Notes: generated by a model from the sequence alone, not told the origin. A DNA stretch of 64,000 bases from a virus (IMGVR_UViG_3300044266_000210:67513-131512), one strand, 5' to 3'; positions 30,085 to 40,743 are shown, counted from the stretch's first letter. A program made the numbers and translations.

Positions 30085-30610
30085 AGTTTTCCCAATCTCC
30101 GCCTTTGGCGGGTATCCAACCTAGTCGTTTAAAATCTTCGCGGATCTCGTCGGTGATGCGACCCTCGGGCGCATATCCATTATCTGGGGCATCGTGATCT
30201 CTAATACCCGAACAGTACCAATCAATGTAGTCACCTTTTTGTAGCATATGAGCCACAATGCCTCCGGCATAGCGCCACGAACACGACCATTCTTCTTCTT
30301 TGAGAAGCGGAATGACTTCTAGTTTGGTAAAGCCATTATTACATAGAGCCGCATAGATGTTTTGGGCATACGAGTCACTTGCACGAGCCTTCTCTAGAAT
30401 CCAATCTGTGGTACGCAGGTCCCATTCGAGATTAATCTTGCGCCATTCTGGATCGGCTTCTTGTTCGTCTTCTCTAGAATCCCAACTATCGTAATACTCG
30501 AGCATAGCCCGAGTATCCTCATCGTTATCCGGCGTCTTGCCCTTTTCAGCCTGACGCTTAAGGTAGTTTTCCTTTTGGAAAGTATTACGCTCGGGGCTTT
30601 TTGAGATCAT
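30059..30610 (-). CDS. Hypothetical protein (YAQNIYAALCNN, YIDWYCSG)
   Basis: Coupled ORF. Confidence 0.7.
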   Translation of the reverse strand: MISKSPERNTFQKENYLKRQAEKGKTPDNDEDTRAMLEYYDSWDSREDEQEADPEWRKINLEWDLRTTDWILEKARASDSYAQNIYAALCNNGFTKLEVIPLLKEEEWSCSWRYAGGIVAHMLQKGDYIDWYCSGIRDHDAPDNGYAPEGRITDEIREDFKRLGWIPAKGGDWENFDEQGTDT

Positions 30611-30900
30611 TGCAAATTGCGATTGTTATCGGGACCGTTGATGTCACGATCAATAGCTTGAAGTAGTTTGGTTGCTAGTGCTTGATCGTCTGGGTCATCG
30701 CTTTCTACTAGTTCGTCGAGATCCACGGTACGAGCTTTTTCAAACAAGGTGCCGTCTTGGATCATCTTTTGAAGTTCTGCCATCATTGCATCTAGTTCTT
30801 CTTGAGTACCGTCAAAGGTATCAAAACAACCTGGCGCAAATTCTACCTTAAGCTCTTTGCGTTCTTCGGGAGTCATATTTTCGGGTTTTTTCTTTGCCAT
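30607..30900 (-). CDS. Hypothetical acidic protein
   Basis: Coupled ORF. Confidence 0.6.
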   Translation of the reverse strand: MAKKKPENMTPEERKELKVEFAPGCFDTFDGTQEELDAMMAELQKMIQDGTLFEKARTVDLDELVESDDPDDQALATKLLQAIDRDINGPDNNRNLQ

Positions 30901-30901
30901 G

Positions 30902-31732
30902 TTAAGTCCAAAGTGATTTACGGATTTTAATTAAACGGATAAGCATTTCCTCATCCTCTTGTTCATACTGTTCTTCTATCTTGTGACAGAGATCTAGTAT
31001 TCTGCGGCTTTCGGCCTTTTCTTCTTCAGTTTCACTTTCAAAGTCTAGGAAGTGTCGATCTTGACCGCGTCTACGATCACAGAACTCACTCCACCCACTA
31101 GCATCGTGTGGATCAGGACGATTAGGATAAACTTCAATCCACCACTTGTAAAGTGCTAGAATTTCCAGTGCCTTTTCAGCTTGGTAAGTAGGTTGACCAA
31201 TTTTAGGATCACCTTCTGGAAATCCTTCGTCGGCATGCCAGACTAATTTACTTTGCCAATCTAAATTGTCAAGACCGGCCTGTGGGCAACGCCAGGTACG
31301 GACACGCCACCAACCAACAGCCCACCAGGGCATGTTATACTTAGAGCGGTCTTCTGCGTTCCAGGCAAGATGCCACCATGCTAGTTCTATTTCAACAAAA
31401 TCGCGGAGCTCATTAAAAAGACAAGGGAGAAAACGATAACCCACATCACGCCACTCACCCCGTTTAATGTCGGATGGGTGGGCAGTAAGACAATGAGTAT
31501 GAGTAATGTAGCGATTATTAATATAATACTTGATAGCATAGAGTCGGTCAGGTATGAACATAACAATGTTCTGCAGAAGGTCCAACCCTTCCTCGGCAAT
31601 CCAGTATCGAACAGGATGAGACTCTTTTGCAGCCTTTTCCCACTCGTACCATCCACGCCCGGTCTTGGCGCCGCCTTTAGCGGTACCTCGTAGCCAATCG
31701 GCAAATTTTGAACAAGTCCAGTAATTTCTCAT
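30902..31732 (-). CDS. Trp-rich hypothetical protein
   Basis: 276-aa ORF with own promoter. Confidence 0.7.
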   Translation of the reverse strand: MRNYWTCSKFADWLRGTAKGGAKTGRGWYEWEKAAKESHPVRYWIAEEGLDLLQNIVMFIPDRLYAIKYYINNRYITHTHCLTAHPSDIKRGEWRDVGYRFLPCLFNELRDFVEIELAWWHLAWNAEDRSKYNMPWWAVGWWRVRTWRCPQAGLDNLDWQSKLVWHADEGFPEGDPKIGQPTYQAEKALEILALYKWWIEVYPNRPDPHDASGWSEFCDRRRGQDRHFLDFESETEEEKAESRRILDLCHKIEEQYEQEDEEMLIRLIKIRKSLWT

Positions 31733-31741
31733 AGTGCTATT

Positions 31742-31770
31742 ATTATATAGCAGAATTACTGTTTAGTCAA
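31742..31770 (-). promoter_or_regulatory. sigma70-type promoter
   Basis: TTGACT-17-TATAAT. Confidence 0.7.
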
Positions 31771-32138
31771 GACTTTTTAGTAAACGGTGCTAGATTTGGT
31801 GGAGTCCAACCTAATGGTTTGAGAACCTTGCCATCTTCACGCTTGCGGACCTTACCTGTTTTAATATCAATTTTGGAGAAGTTAGTACGCATTACTTCTT
31901 TCCAGGCACCTTCGGCATCAAATCCTGCTGAGTGAATAGCACCGATAGTGACAACTAGAATATCAATAAGTGCATCTAGCTGTTCTACTCGATCACCGTT
32001 GGCCAGTGCTGTTTTAAACTCATCGTTGTATTCTTCTTCGATTAGGTCACAATACATTTTATATTGCGCTTCGTTTGAGCCATTGACACTTTGGTCGCAG
32101 GCTCGCATAAATTTTTCTTGGTCTCTAAACGGATTCAT
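31767..32138 (-). CDS. MazG-like/PRA-PH NTP pyrophosphohydrolase
   Basis: LIEEE..E, DALID, VMRTNFSK, REDGKVLKP. Confidence 0.85.
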   Translation of the reverse strand: MNPFRDQEKFMRACDQSVNGSNEAQYKMYCDLIEEEYNDEFKTALANGDRVEQLDALIDILVVTIGAIHSAGFDAEGAWKEVMRTNFSKIDIKTGKVRKREDGKVLKPLGWTPPNLAPFTKKS

Positions 32139-32378
32139 TTATCTTCCTGTACTGGTTTTTGTTACCTTTGGTCCGCTGGTAGTAAAATCTAGTCCGGCCA
32201 TGCGACCTTCATAGAGTTTACCATTCCACTTCATTGGCAACTTTACGCTCTTGTTTAATACAACTGTGAGTCTGTCTTGTTCTTTAAATTCCATTACTTC
32301 TGCTCGAACAGTTTTACTACTGTTGGCCTGCTTTACTTCGCAGTGATCATCGTGTCTAACGATTTCCATTTTTTCCAA
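32139..32378 (-). CDS. Hypothetical protein
   Basis: Coupled ORF. Confidence 0.6.
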   Translation of the reverse strand: MEKMEIVRHDDHCEVKQANSSKTVRAEVMEFKEQDRLTVVLNKSVKLPMKWNGKLYEGRMAGLDFTTSGPKVTKTSTGR

Positions 32379-32670
32379 ACCTTAAATAAAATTCTGACAG
32401 CTTTTTCTTTTCTAGTTCTGCGGTTATTGCGTATCGATAGCCATAGATTGTATGATCCATCTGTTTATGATAAGAAGGTACATCGACTGCATGTTCCATG
32501 ACAAATTTACCTGCATCTGATTGTTGCCATTCCCATATCGGTTGAGCGGCATAAATTTCTGGATCGTCAACATCACCTAATGTAAATTGGTATACAACAA
32601 CCTTGTGAATTTCTTCGACAATCCGGTCACCGTCGATGTCCTTAACTTTATATCTTACTCCGATCCCCAT
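32356..32670 (-). CDS. Hypothetical protein
   Basis: Coupled ORF. Confidence 0.6.
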   Translation of the reverse strand: MGIGVRYKVKDIDGDRIVEEIHKVVVYQFTLGDVDDPEIYAAQPIWEWQQSDAGKFVMEHAVDVPSYHKQMDHTIYGYRYAITAELEKKKLSEFYLRFGKNGNR

Positions 32671-32987
32671 GCTAGATTATATAATGTTTGAAATTTTTCA
32701 GCATCTCGTTTTCTCTTGAAATACCATATGTCGTGCGCCATTCTACGCACATCCGGCCACTCTTTTAATTGTTCAATGGTCCAGTTTACTCTTTCATCTA
32801 GCTTTCCAAAGTCTGACCATACAGGATTTACTTCAGGAAGTCTTGATTTTTCTTTTAGTGTAATGGTCCAACTGTAATCTCGACGACCAAGTTCAGCAAG
32901 AATTAAAGGACCCATTTCTAATACAGATTTTAGTGTAGTATATTCCGGTTCAATTGCAGTAAGCACCTGCTGCCAAATATTACCCAT
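32655..32987 (-). CDS. Hypothetical protein
   Basis: Coupled ORF. Confidence 0.6.
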   Translation of the reverse strand: MGNIWQQVLTAIEPEYTTLKSVLEMGPLILAELGRRDYSWTITLKEKSRLPEVNPVWSDFGKLDERVNWTIEQLKEWPDVRRMAHDIWYFKRKRDAEKFQTLYNLAWGSE

Positions 32988-33450
32988 TTTTAACTTTTTT
33001 CTTAAAGTATCTACGCTTGGGCTTTTCAGGCTTTAAATTTAGCGGTTGTAGCTTTGTTGCTTCTTGTGCTTTTTCTATAGCGGCATGAATTATATCTGGA
33101 TCGATTTCATCATCATCGTCGATCTGTTTATCTGTATCTAAGGACGGATCGTCGTCAAAGGCAAACCCCACTGTGCTGACAAATTTGATAGTTGATTCAA
33201 CATTGCCAATTTCTCGTAGACTGCCTACTGGGCCGCGAGCGTCCTGACTAATATTATGCCAGGTACGAATTTCTAGTAGATTTTCAATATGTGTTGGAAC
33301 GGAGATAACATAATGAGGGCCATCTGTATGACCCGAATCTGTTAGATCTACAACCTTGATAACTGTACCTTCTACTGGTTTAACATTACTTCGACTAACA
33401 CCGTATATCCATACGGTGTCGCCTACATTGTATTTCTTTTTAGTTGTCAT
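32980..33450 (-). CDS. Hypothetical protein
   Basis: Coupled ORF. Confidence 0.6.
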   Translation of the reverse strand: MTTKKKYNVGDTVWIYGVSRSNVKPVEGTVIKVVDLTDSGHTDGPHYVISVPTHIENLLEIRTWHNISQDARGPVGSLREIGNVESTIKFVSTVGFAFDDDPSLDTDKQIDDDDEIDPDIIHAAIEKAQEATKLQPLNLKPEKPKRRYFKKKVKNG

Positions 33451-33452
33451 TC

Positions 33453-33626
33453 TTAATTTGTCTCAGAGACCGAGACCTTACCTTTGCTTTCGAGAAGATC
33501 TTTGACAAACTTAATCGCCTTTCGATCATTGTCGTAGACATATTCTTGATCTTCGTCTTCTTCGCTCCGTAGCGTAACGATAACACCGTTACATACTTTA
33601 CGAATTTCTATGCTTTCAAATAACAT
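33453..33626 (-). CDS. Small hypothetical protein (57 aa, MLFESIEIRK...)
   Basis: Manual translation; fills gap. Confidence 0.55.
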   Translation of the reverse strand: MLFESIEIRKVCNGVIVTLRSEEDEDQEYVYDNDRKAIKFVKDLLESKGKVSVSETN

Positions 33627-33641
33627 AGGGTACCTTTCTAT

Positions 33642-34367
33642 TTAAGATTTTGGAACACTAAGATTGTAGTTGAAGTGGAAAATACCAATGTGTGCTACTT
33701 CTCTGCTTAGTTCCTGATCACACCAAACATCGTATCCTGCCTTTTGCGCCTGCTGGCAGAAATAGATGTCTTCTCCAATCTCAAGATTCTTCTCGGGTAA
33801 ATACTCTTGAAGATAATGAGGATGGGGTACCTTCTCATAAACTTCACGCTTAACTAAAACAAGTCCATGAGGAAGAACATCAATCTTCTCCATAGCAGGA
33901 CTGTTGTCTGTAGTTTGGAATTCCGTAAAGTTACCACTGGTACCCATCATACCAGTAAAGTTTGGATTTGGAAAACGACGGCGACGGTAGTTACACCCGA
34001 CAATTTCTTTGTTGCGTTTTAGTAAACGAATAGGTGCATCAATTGGGAACTTCATGTCCGAATCGATCCACCAAATGTAATCAAAGTCGCTCTTTAAGAA
34101 AATATCAACGAGATTGCGGCGTGCAATGGTAATAACTGATCCGATGTTAAACGCACAGTTGATCTTAATGCCGTTTGCAACCAAATTTGCCGCAGCCATT
34201 GCCAAGTGTTGTGCAAATTCTGCATTGACCATTTCCATAGCAGGAACAGCAATCATAATAGATGGCGGCCGTTGCCCTGTTTGTACAGTAGGAGTATTTG
34301 GAGCCGCTTGTGGCGGGCGTTGTTGTACTTGTTGTCTGCTAGGAATGTTTAACTTTGGTTTTTTCAT
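33642..34367 (-). CDS. GT-A fold (GT2-like) glycosyltransferase
   Basis: ARRNLV..FL, IDSD (DxD), GEDIYFC, HIG. Confidence 0.8.
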   Translation of the reverse strand: MKKPKLNIPSRQQVQQRPPQAAPNTPTVQTGQRPPSIMIAVPAMEMVNAEFAQHLAMAAANLVANGIKINCAFNIGSVITIARRNLVDIFLKSDFDYIWWIDSDMKFPIDAPIRLLKRNKEIVGCNYRRRRFPNPNFTGMMGTSGNFTEFQTTDNSPAMEKIDVLPHGLVLVKREVYEKVPHPHYLQEYLPEKNLEIGEDIYFCQQAQKAGYDVWCDQELSREVAHIGIFHFNYNLSVPKS

Positions 34368-34386
34368 GTGATACCTTATAGTGTTT

Positions 34387-34415
34387 ATTATATAGAACTA
34401 AATGGAAAAAGTCAA
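34387..34415 (-). promoter_or_regulatory. sigma70-type promoter
   Basis: TTGACT-17-TATAAT. Confidence 0.7.
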
Positions 34416-34430
34416 TTGATGTTTTTGCCA

Positions 34431-35465
34431 TTATTTCAAAAATACATCGTTTACCTGACGATTTACCCGAATAAATGTTGTACATTTACTCAATTGTTTT
34501 AATGTTGGTGCACCAACATAGGTGCAGGCGCTACGAATACCGCCTAACATATCTAATACTGTATTATGAACAGGCCCTTTAAAAGGAACCTCGACAGTAC
34601 GACCTTCGCTACTACGATAGTCGGCAATACCTCCGTGATGCTTCTCCATGGCAGTATCGCTACTCATTCCATAGAATACAATTCTTGGATTTTCGCCGTC
34701 TTCGCTGATAACTTCACCGCCGCCTTCGATATGTCCGGATAACATACCGCCAAGCATGACAAAATCTGCGCCTGCACCAAATGCCTTAGCAACATCTCCG
34801 GGACAGGTACAGCCGCCGTCGGCAATAATGTGAGCACCTAAACCGTGAGCGGCATCTGCACATTCTATGATAGCAGATAATTGAGGATAGCCTACTCCTG
34901 TTTGTATACGAGTTGTGCAAACGCTTCCCGGGCCAATACCAACTTTAACAATGTCAGCACCACGCAAAATAAGTTCTTGCGTCATGTCGGCGGTAACAAC
35001 ATTACCTGCAATAATTGTACTCTTTGGAAACATTTTTCGAACACGCTGTACATAATCGCCAAAATGTTCGCTGTATCCATTTGCTACATCGATGCAGATA
35101 AAATGTAATTCTGGATAGGCGTCCATTATATTCTGAAGTCTTTCAAAATCCGAGTTACCTGTGCCTGTACTAACAGCCATATAATTTCCACCGATTTTTT
35201 TCACAGTCGGCTCAAAATCTGGCACATCATAATTTTTAACTAAACAGGTGAATAGTCTGTGCTCGTAAAGTGCTTCGGCCATTTCCAGTGTTCCTACACC
35301 GTCCATGTTTGCGGCCATAATAGGAATGCCCGACCATTCCCATCCGCTATGTTTAAATTTGTAGGTCCTATTCAGATCTACGAGCTTGCGGCTGCTTAGT
35401 GTACTACGTTTTGGGCGAATGAGCACATCTTTAAAATCAAGTTTGATTTCGTCTTCAATTCTCAT
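34431..35465 (-). CDS. guaC: GMP reductase
   Basis: [38 protein letters not shown]. Confidence 0.95.
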   Translation of the reverse strand: MRIEDEIKLDFKDVLIRPKRSTLSSRKLVDLNRTYKFKHSGWEWSGIPIMAANMDGVGTLEMAEALYEHRLFTCLVKNYDVPDFEPTVKKIGGNYMAVSTGTGNSDFERLQNIMDAYPELHFICIDVANGYSEHFGDYVQRVRKMFPKSTIIAGNVVTADMTQELILRGADIVKVGIGPGSVCTTRIQTGVGYPQLSAIIECADAAHGLGAHIIADGGCTCPGDVAKAFGAGADFVMLGGMLSGHIEGGGEVISEDGENPRIVFYGMSSDTAMEKHHGGIADYRSSEGRTVEVPFKGPVHNTVLDMLGGIRSACTYVGAPTLKQLSKCTTFIRVNRQVNDVFLK

Positions 35466-36220
35466 CTTGGCGCAAACTCTTGTTGTAGTTTAATATTGTC
35501 CATAAATTCCTTCTTTGTAGCAGGATCATCTTTGAAGGATCCTTTGAGGACTGTGGTTTGAGTAAGGCTACTGTGTGCCATAATTCCTCGATTTTCACAG
35601 CAACCGTGAACGGCTTGAATATAAACTCCTAGGTCTTTGGCACCTGTTGCCTTGGCAATCTCCCGAGCAATGTCGTTACAAAGTTCCTCCTGGAGAGTAC
35701 CTCGTCTCGCACACCACTGCGCGATGCGTGTATACTTTGAGAGCCCAATGAGTTTCTCTGCCGCAATAATACCAATATAAGCAACGCCACTAACGGGTTG
35801 GTGATGATGGCTACACATACTGCGAAGCTCGCTACGAACAACCAACATGCCTTCGTAGCGGTCCTCCGAATCATTTGGAAATGCTGTTGCATCTGGTGGT
35901 GGTTCATATCTTCCTGCCATTATTTCATTAAAGTACATTTTGGCCAGTCGTCTTGCTGTACCTTTACTGTTAGGATCGTTTTCACGATCAATTAGTAGTC
36001 GATCTAGAACTAGTTCAAATGCTTCTGTGGCTTCGTCGATAAGTTTTTCTTTATCGCCTTCGTGTAGGAAGTCACTGATATTATCACCTGCCCAAAAGCG
36101 TTTTCCTTCACGCTTCATTTTAAAACGCAAGTGGTCGCCTAGATATGCTTCTTCGTAGCCGCCATCACCGGCCATAACTTCAAGGCCTGTTTCACTTATG
36201 TATGTTCTTGATTTTGTCAA
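35462..36220 (-). CDS. folE: GTP cyclohydrolase I
   Basis: SMCSHHH, GLSK..RI, LQE, H.C...RG. Confidence 0.92.
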   Translation of the reverse strand: MTKSRTYISETGLEVMAGDGGYEEAYLGDHLRFKMKREGKRFWAGDNISDFLHEGDKEKLIDEATEAFELVLDRLLIDRENDPNSKGTARRLAKMYFNEIMAGRYEPPPDATAFPNDSEDRYEGMLVVRSELRSMCSHHHQPVSGVAYIGIIAAEKLIGLSKYTRIAQWCARRGTLQEELCNDIAREIAKATGAKDLGVYIQAVHGCCENRGIMAHSSLTQTTVLKGSFKDDPATKKEFMDNIKLQQEFAPR

Positions 36221-36265
36221 TTATTATTCTCCGAGTTATAGTCGTGGATGACTAAGTTTACTATT

Positions 36266-37141
36266 TTATTTAGGTTCCGTCAACCGCAGTAGAGTATTTT
36301 TTCTTACAGCGGCATCCAACACCATTGGTGTTTCTCCAACACTTTCTGCGTATTTTAACAATGCCGCAGTATCTTTAGGAAAGCAAGCCCCACCAAATCC
36401 GAAAGCACCATCGGGTCCCGGAACACGCATATGGCTAGATCCGATTCTTTTATCCATATTAACCATTTTAGCAATATGTTCATAATTAAATCCTGCTAAT
36501 TCTGCTATACGGTAAATTTCGTTCATAAAAATTACCTTAGTAGCCAAGAAGCTGTTTATTGTATACTTGGCCAATGCCGCTTCACCGGGCCTGCAGAATA
36601 CCACCATATCTTCAATGTTACGCTGAGTAAGTCGTATAATTCGTTCGGCTTCTCTCATATATGCCATAACAGTACCACCGATAATGGCAAAGGTTCCGTT
36701 TGCATAATCATTTATAGAATTTGCCGCAGTTAAGAATTCAGGAGCATGAACTAGATTAGGAAATTCTTTACATTTTCGTTCATAGAACTCTGGAGGCGCA
36801 GTACATTTACTAATAATTACACCTTTGTAGTCCACCTGCTTTAAATTTTCAAGTACACTTTCTAAGATACTTGTATCGCAACTACCATCGTTACTCATTG
36901 GACTAGGTACACAAATGAATACACCTTCTGTTTTTTCTTTGAGCTCATTATATGTGTTATTGTGCCCTTGGTACGGGTCAATAATGAATGGGCTATCTCC
37001 CCAATCTAATGATTCTTTAATTGCTTTTCCTACAAATCCTAGTCCGATAATTCCTACTGTCATCATTTCGCCACTTTTACTTTTGTTTATTCTATGGATA
37101 ATTTGTGCAGATCCAAGAGTCCCTGGCATATTTAACTTCAT
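36266..37141 (-). CDS. UDP-glucose/GDP-mannose dehydrogenase (lacking C-terminal domain)
   Basis: GLGFVG, ICVP, PEFL, KY..NSFLATK, GFGGACFPKD. Confidence 0.85.
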   Translation of the reverse strand: MKLNMPGTLGSAQIIHRINKSKSGEMMTVGIIGLGFVGKAIKESLDWGDSPFIIDPYQGHNNTYNELKEKTEGVFICVPSPMSNDGSCDTSILESVLENLKQVDYKGVIISKCTAPPEFYERKCKEFPNLVHAPEFLTAANSINDYANGTFAIIGGTVMAYMREAERIIRLTQRNIEDMVVFCRPGEAALAKYTINSFLATKVIFMNEIYRIAELAGFNYEHIAKMVNMDKRIGSSHMRVPGPDGAFGFGGACFPKDTAALLKYAESVGETPMVLDAAVRKNTLLRLTEPK

Positions 37142-37368
37142 TCTTTGGTCAGTCCTATAAAAAGCATTTCACGCTCGGTAACTGTAGCCACAGGTTTAAG
37201 CCATCCATTGTTAATACATTCGGAGATAATCATCTTATATTCTTGTGGACATTGTGGAAGAATATGAAATCCTGCTCTAGGACTACGAACAAACCCGTCA
37301 TTGATATAAAATTCCGGATCAGTGTTGCGAATGGTCTTAGTTTGGCTTTTATGGAGAGTGTATGTCAT
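37138..37368 (-). CDS. Hypothetical protein (probably leaderless)
   Basis: ATG 6 nt after -10 box. Confidence 0.6.
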   Translation of the reverse strand: MTYTLHKSQTKTIRNTDPEFYINDGFVRSPRAGFHILPQCPQEYKMIISECINNGWLKPVATVTEREMLFIGLTKE

Positions 37369-37373
37369 GCTAC

Positions 37374-37402
37374 ACTGTAGCACAATTTTTTACAGTTGTC
37401 AA
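37374..37402 (-). promoter_or_regulatory. sigma70-type promoter
   Basis: TTGACA-17-TACAGT. Confidence 0.55.
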
Positions 37403-38133
37403 CGATTGATCCAATCACTATTTCGATATGGTTTACCTTGGAGCGCATGTGGTATATAACGAATAACCTTGCTTTTAACACGACGAACTATTGGATGATT
37501 GTGATCGTAGTCAAATGCTTTGAGATACATTATCCAACAGCTATGTCTACGCCTGTGTCCTTTTTGATTTTCGTTAAGATAGTTTACAATGTTTTTAGAT
37601 TTATTTCCAAATTTATCAATTAGTTCACAGGCTATATTAAAACTGTATGCATCAATTTCGTCACTGTTGCCCAGATATTCTTGCTCTCTACGCTTCTCTT
37701 CTCTGGCAGCGGTGCTGGCGTAGTCTGGAAGGTCTTTAAATTTTCTACGACGATACTGACGCATGTGCATGATTTCATGTAGTAGCGTATCGGCCATAGT
37801 TATACACATTCTATAAAATCTTCGTCGAGGCATTAGAATTTCTTCGTCAAAGAGGTTATATGAAAAGTTAAGCTCAATACATTGATGTTTTACCTGATCT
37901 CTGTCACTGTAGTATACACCACCGACCCAGACCCAACCCGGGTCTACTTTATTACTTCTTAGTTTGGCGATCCTAACCGGAACAAGTTTTTTAATGTGAC
38001 GGGATAATTTGGTATGAAATTGATTGACGGAATAGGTTACGCCTTCGATTTCAGAGTATAGGCTAAAAAAATATTCAACAAGGCCTTCTCGATCAAGAAT
38101 TGACCAATTGAACTTATAGCGACTGCTAGCCAT
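37399..38133 (-). CDS. HExxH (zincin-like) motif protein
   Basis: LLHEIMH followed by EIDAY. Confidence 0.65.
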   Translation of the reverse strand: MASSRYKFNWSILDREGLVEYFFSLYSEIEGVTYSVNQFHTKLSRHIKKLVPVRIAKLRSNKVDPGWVWVGGVYYSDRDQVKHQCIELNFSYNLFDEEILMPRRRFYRMCITMADTLLHEIMHMRQYRRRKFKDLPDYASTAAREEKRREQEYLGNSDEIDAYSFNIACELIDKFGNKSKNIVNYLNENQKGHRRRHSCWIMYLKAFDYDHNHPIVRRVKSKVIRYIPHALQGKPYRNSDWINR

Positions 38134-38185
38134 ACTAAACTCCTCCAACGCGAGTTTTAATTGTAACGCTAGAATTTGGAAAAAG

Positions 38186-39640
38186 TCAAAAAACTTTTAC
38201 GCCGTTTAGTTTTTCCCAGCGTTGTGCATCCTCTAAACTATTTACCAAGGGCTCGCCCTTTACATTTAAGCTAGTATTCATAAGCATTGGACAACCGGTT
38301 TTTTCGTACCAAAGTTCTAAAATCTTTCTAAAATTTGGATTATCTGAGTAGTTAACGGTCTGTACCCTACTGGTATTATCATAATGACAAATTCCTGGAA
38401 AATTGTCCGGATCCTTGCATTTCATAACGAACTGCATATAAGGACTACGGTCAATAACCATATCAAAATACTCTGATGCAAGTTCGTCTAATATAGCAGG
38501 TGCAAAAGGTCTAAACGGTTCTCTCTTCTTAAGAGTGTTCATCCTAGCTTTAGCATCGGGTCCTCGGGGGTCGCATAGTAAACTTCTGTTCCCTAGTGCC
38601 CTTGGACCAAATTCTGCCCTACCATTTGCCACAGCAACTACTTCGCCTTTAACTAGTCTATCAACAACTCCTTCGATGTCAAGAACTCTGTTAATGTTAG
38701 TTCCTAGATAAGGATGTCGCCAGTCGAGATGCTTTCTCTCAAGCGCCGCCACTGCACCAATTGCACTACCTGCATCACCTGGGTTAGGCATAACCCATAA
38801 CCGTTTGAATCCTGATTCTCTGGCAATTAGGCTATTCGCTACACAGTTTAATGCACACCCTCCCATAAACACTAGGTTATCGCTATTAACAGTTCGTTTT
38901 ATGTATCGTGCAGTTTCTAATAAGTATTCTTCAATGATTGCCTGAACGCTGGCAGCAATATCGTATTTGCTAACATCTTTAGGTGATTCCCACCAACGAC
39001 ACCCTCTATGTAAATTGTGCTTTAGTTTAATAAAAGGTGCCGAAAACTCATCAAAGAAATCATCTTTTAATTTCTCAACAAGTGTAGGTTTACCTAGAGC
39101 AGCCATGCCCATTAAGATGTATTCTTCCTCGTTGGGTTTGAGTCCTAGATATTGTGTAAATGCGGTATAAAACAGTCCTATGCTATCCGGGTATTTCATA
39201 CTCCATACTTTTGTAAGACCGTAATGGTTAGCCCTCCAAATACTAACAGTATCCCATTCGCCAATGGCATCGACTACTAATACAGCAGCATCAGAAAACT
39301 GACTGGTATAAAATCCTGCAGCCGCATGGCTCTCGTGGTGCCCAACTTTTTCTAAACTAAGATGTCCTAGGCCAACACGCCGTAATTCTTCTTTAGGATT
39401 ACACCACCATGGACGCTCGCCACTGTAGAGCTTACGAATTGATTTAGAAAAAGGTCGTTCAAACCATACAGCATACTTAGGACTTCCATACTCGTACATA
39501 TCATCAATCATGTATTGATTGAGGAGTTTGTCATTTTTAATTCTCGAATAACGCTCTGCGTGTGCAGCCCAAAGAATAGATTCATTATCTATTAAGGCTA
39601 GACTAGCATCGTGATTTTGACCATTAATACCTAAAATCAT
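38186..39640 (-). CDS. Carbamoyltransferase (NodU/CmcH family)
   Basis: HDAS, HHESHAA, GGCALNC, EFGPRALGNRS, RPFAP, NTSLN. Confidence 0.92.
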   Translation of the reverse strand: MILGINGQNHDASLALIDNESILWAAHAERYSRIKNDKLLNQYMIDDMYEYGSPKYAVWFERPFSKSIRKLYSGERPWWCNPKEELRRVGLGHLSLEKVGHHESHAAAGFYTSQFSDAAVLVVDAIGEWDTVSIWRANHYGLTKVWSMKYPDSIGLFYTAFTQYLGLKPNEEEYILMGMAALGKPTLVEKLKDDFFDEFSAPFIKLKHNLHRGCRWWESPKDVSKYDIAASVQAIIEEYLLETARYIKRTVNSDNLVFMGGCALNCVANSLIARESGFKRLWVMPNPGDAGSAIGAVAALERKHLDWRHPYLGTNINRVLDIEGVVDRLVKGEVVAVANGRAEFGPRALGNRSLLCDPRGPDAKARMNTLKKREPFRPFAPAILDELASEYFDMVIDRSPYMQFVMKCKDPDNFPGICHYDNTSRVQTVNYSDNPNFRKILELWYEKTGCPMLMNTSLNVKGEPLVNSLEDAQRWEKLNGVKVF

Positions 39641-39641
39641 A

Positions 39642-39749
39642 TTAGTAGATAAAAGGGTCTCGTTTACGAAGCTCCGCTAATCGTTTTTCAAGTTCTCTTT
39701 TTTGTTTTCGGCGTCGTAGCCAGTTAAATATAGCTTTAAAGGGATTCAT
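39642..39749 (-). CDS. 35-aa basic peptide ending DPFIY
   Basis: Manual translation MNPFKAIFNWLRRRKQKRELEKRLAELRKRDPFIY; abuts carbamoyltransferase start. Confidence 0.65.
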   Translation of the reverse strand: MNPFKAIFNWLRRRKQKRELEKRLAELRKRDPFIY

Positions 39750-39774
39750 GAAAATATTTATTGAAGGAACCTCG

Positions 39775-40374
39775 ATGGCATTTGATTATAGATTTCTAAA
39801 TTTATCCGATTACGACGACTTTATAAACCTGCACAGGTCAAAGGATACATTTATGAATAGACATCTCGGCGATGACGAAAAAACAAAATACCTTGACAGA
39901 CTAACTAGCAATTTCTACGAAACAAACTATAAGGTTGCAGGATGTTATGAAAACGGAAATTTAATTGCGGTAACTGGCGGCAAGTTTTTTCAACAGCAAG
40001 GAGTATTTTATGGGCACGGTCAATGTCTAGATATGAGTAACCAATCTCTGGGTGCAGGAAATCTATTCTTTGATGTTTGGAGTAAATTTGCCTGTATGAT
40101 AACAGATCACGCAACTTCTTTAAAAATATATCAAGGGTTTAACGCAAGAGAGTTAAAACAAGGTCTAGCATTTTACAAATACGCAAAAAGAATGCCAATG
40201 ACTGAATTAAGAAAAAAGTATCTTTGGGGTGTGGACAGGATTTATAAACCCGGGGATATCATAACCGATCATCATAAATTTTTCTTTAGACCTTACAATG
40301 AGGTTAGATATCCTACTCTGGTATTGTTTATGACATTGAATCCCGAAGAAAGAGAACGGCAGGTTTTAGAATAA
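39775..40374 (+). CDS. Hypothetical protein (possible GNAT-like fold)
   Basis: RFL..D N-terminus, G.YENGNLIA. Confidence 0.55.
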   Translation: MAFDYRFLNLSDYDDFINLHRSKDTFMNRHLGDDEKTKYLDRLTSNFYETNYKVAGCYENGNLIAVTGGKFFQQQGVFYGHGQCLDMSNQSLGAGNLFFDVWSKFACMITDHATSLKIYQGFNARELKQGLAFYKYAKRMPMTELRKKYLWGVDRIYKPGDIITDHHKFFFRPYNEVRYPTLVLFMTLNPEERERQVLE

Positions 40375-40743
40375 GTCGTTCATATGAACAGACTGGTCCA
40401 TAACTAAATTCCAGTCGTTATCATATACTTCTACTTTCATTGGTAATCTAGTAGCACCTGTGGATATACAGAATTCTTGCATAAAAATGTGTACTTCGTA
40501 GAATGTAGGATCCATACGACGAGCAGCCAGTACAGCAGGAAAATCTGAATAAGTTTCCACATAATGCACAATTCTTCTAACCTGTAGTAGAGGATCGTCG
40601 GGATCAATAATTGGCCCGGAGATCTCAGTTATACCTCTCCTTTTCAACGAGAAAAAATATTCTTTGTGTTCATCAGAAAGTTCACAATGTACACTATTTT
40701 CATCTTTAAGACGGATAGCGTTTTGTACAATGAAAAATGGCAT
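40366..40743 (-). CDS. Hypothetical protein
   Basis: SD AAGGA and TAAATA upstream. Confidence 0.6.
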   Translation of the reverse strand: MPFFIVQNAIRLKDENSVHCELSDEHKEYFFSLKRRGITEISGPIIDPDDPLLQVRRIVHYVETYSDFPAVLAARRMDPTFYEVHIFMQEFCISTGATRLPMKVEVYDNDWNLVMDQSVHMNDLF

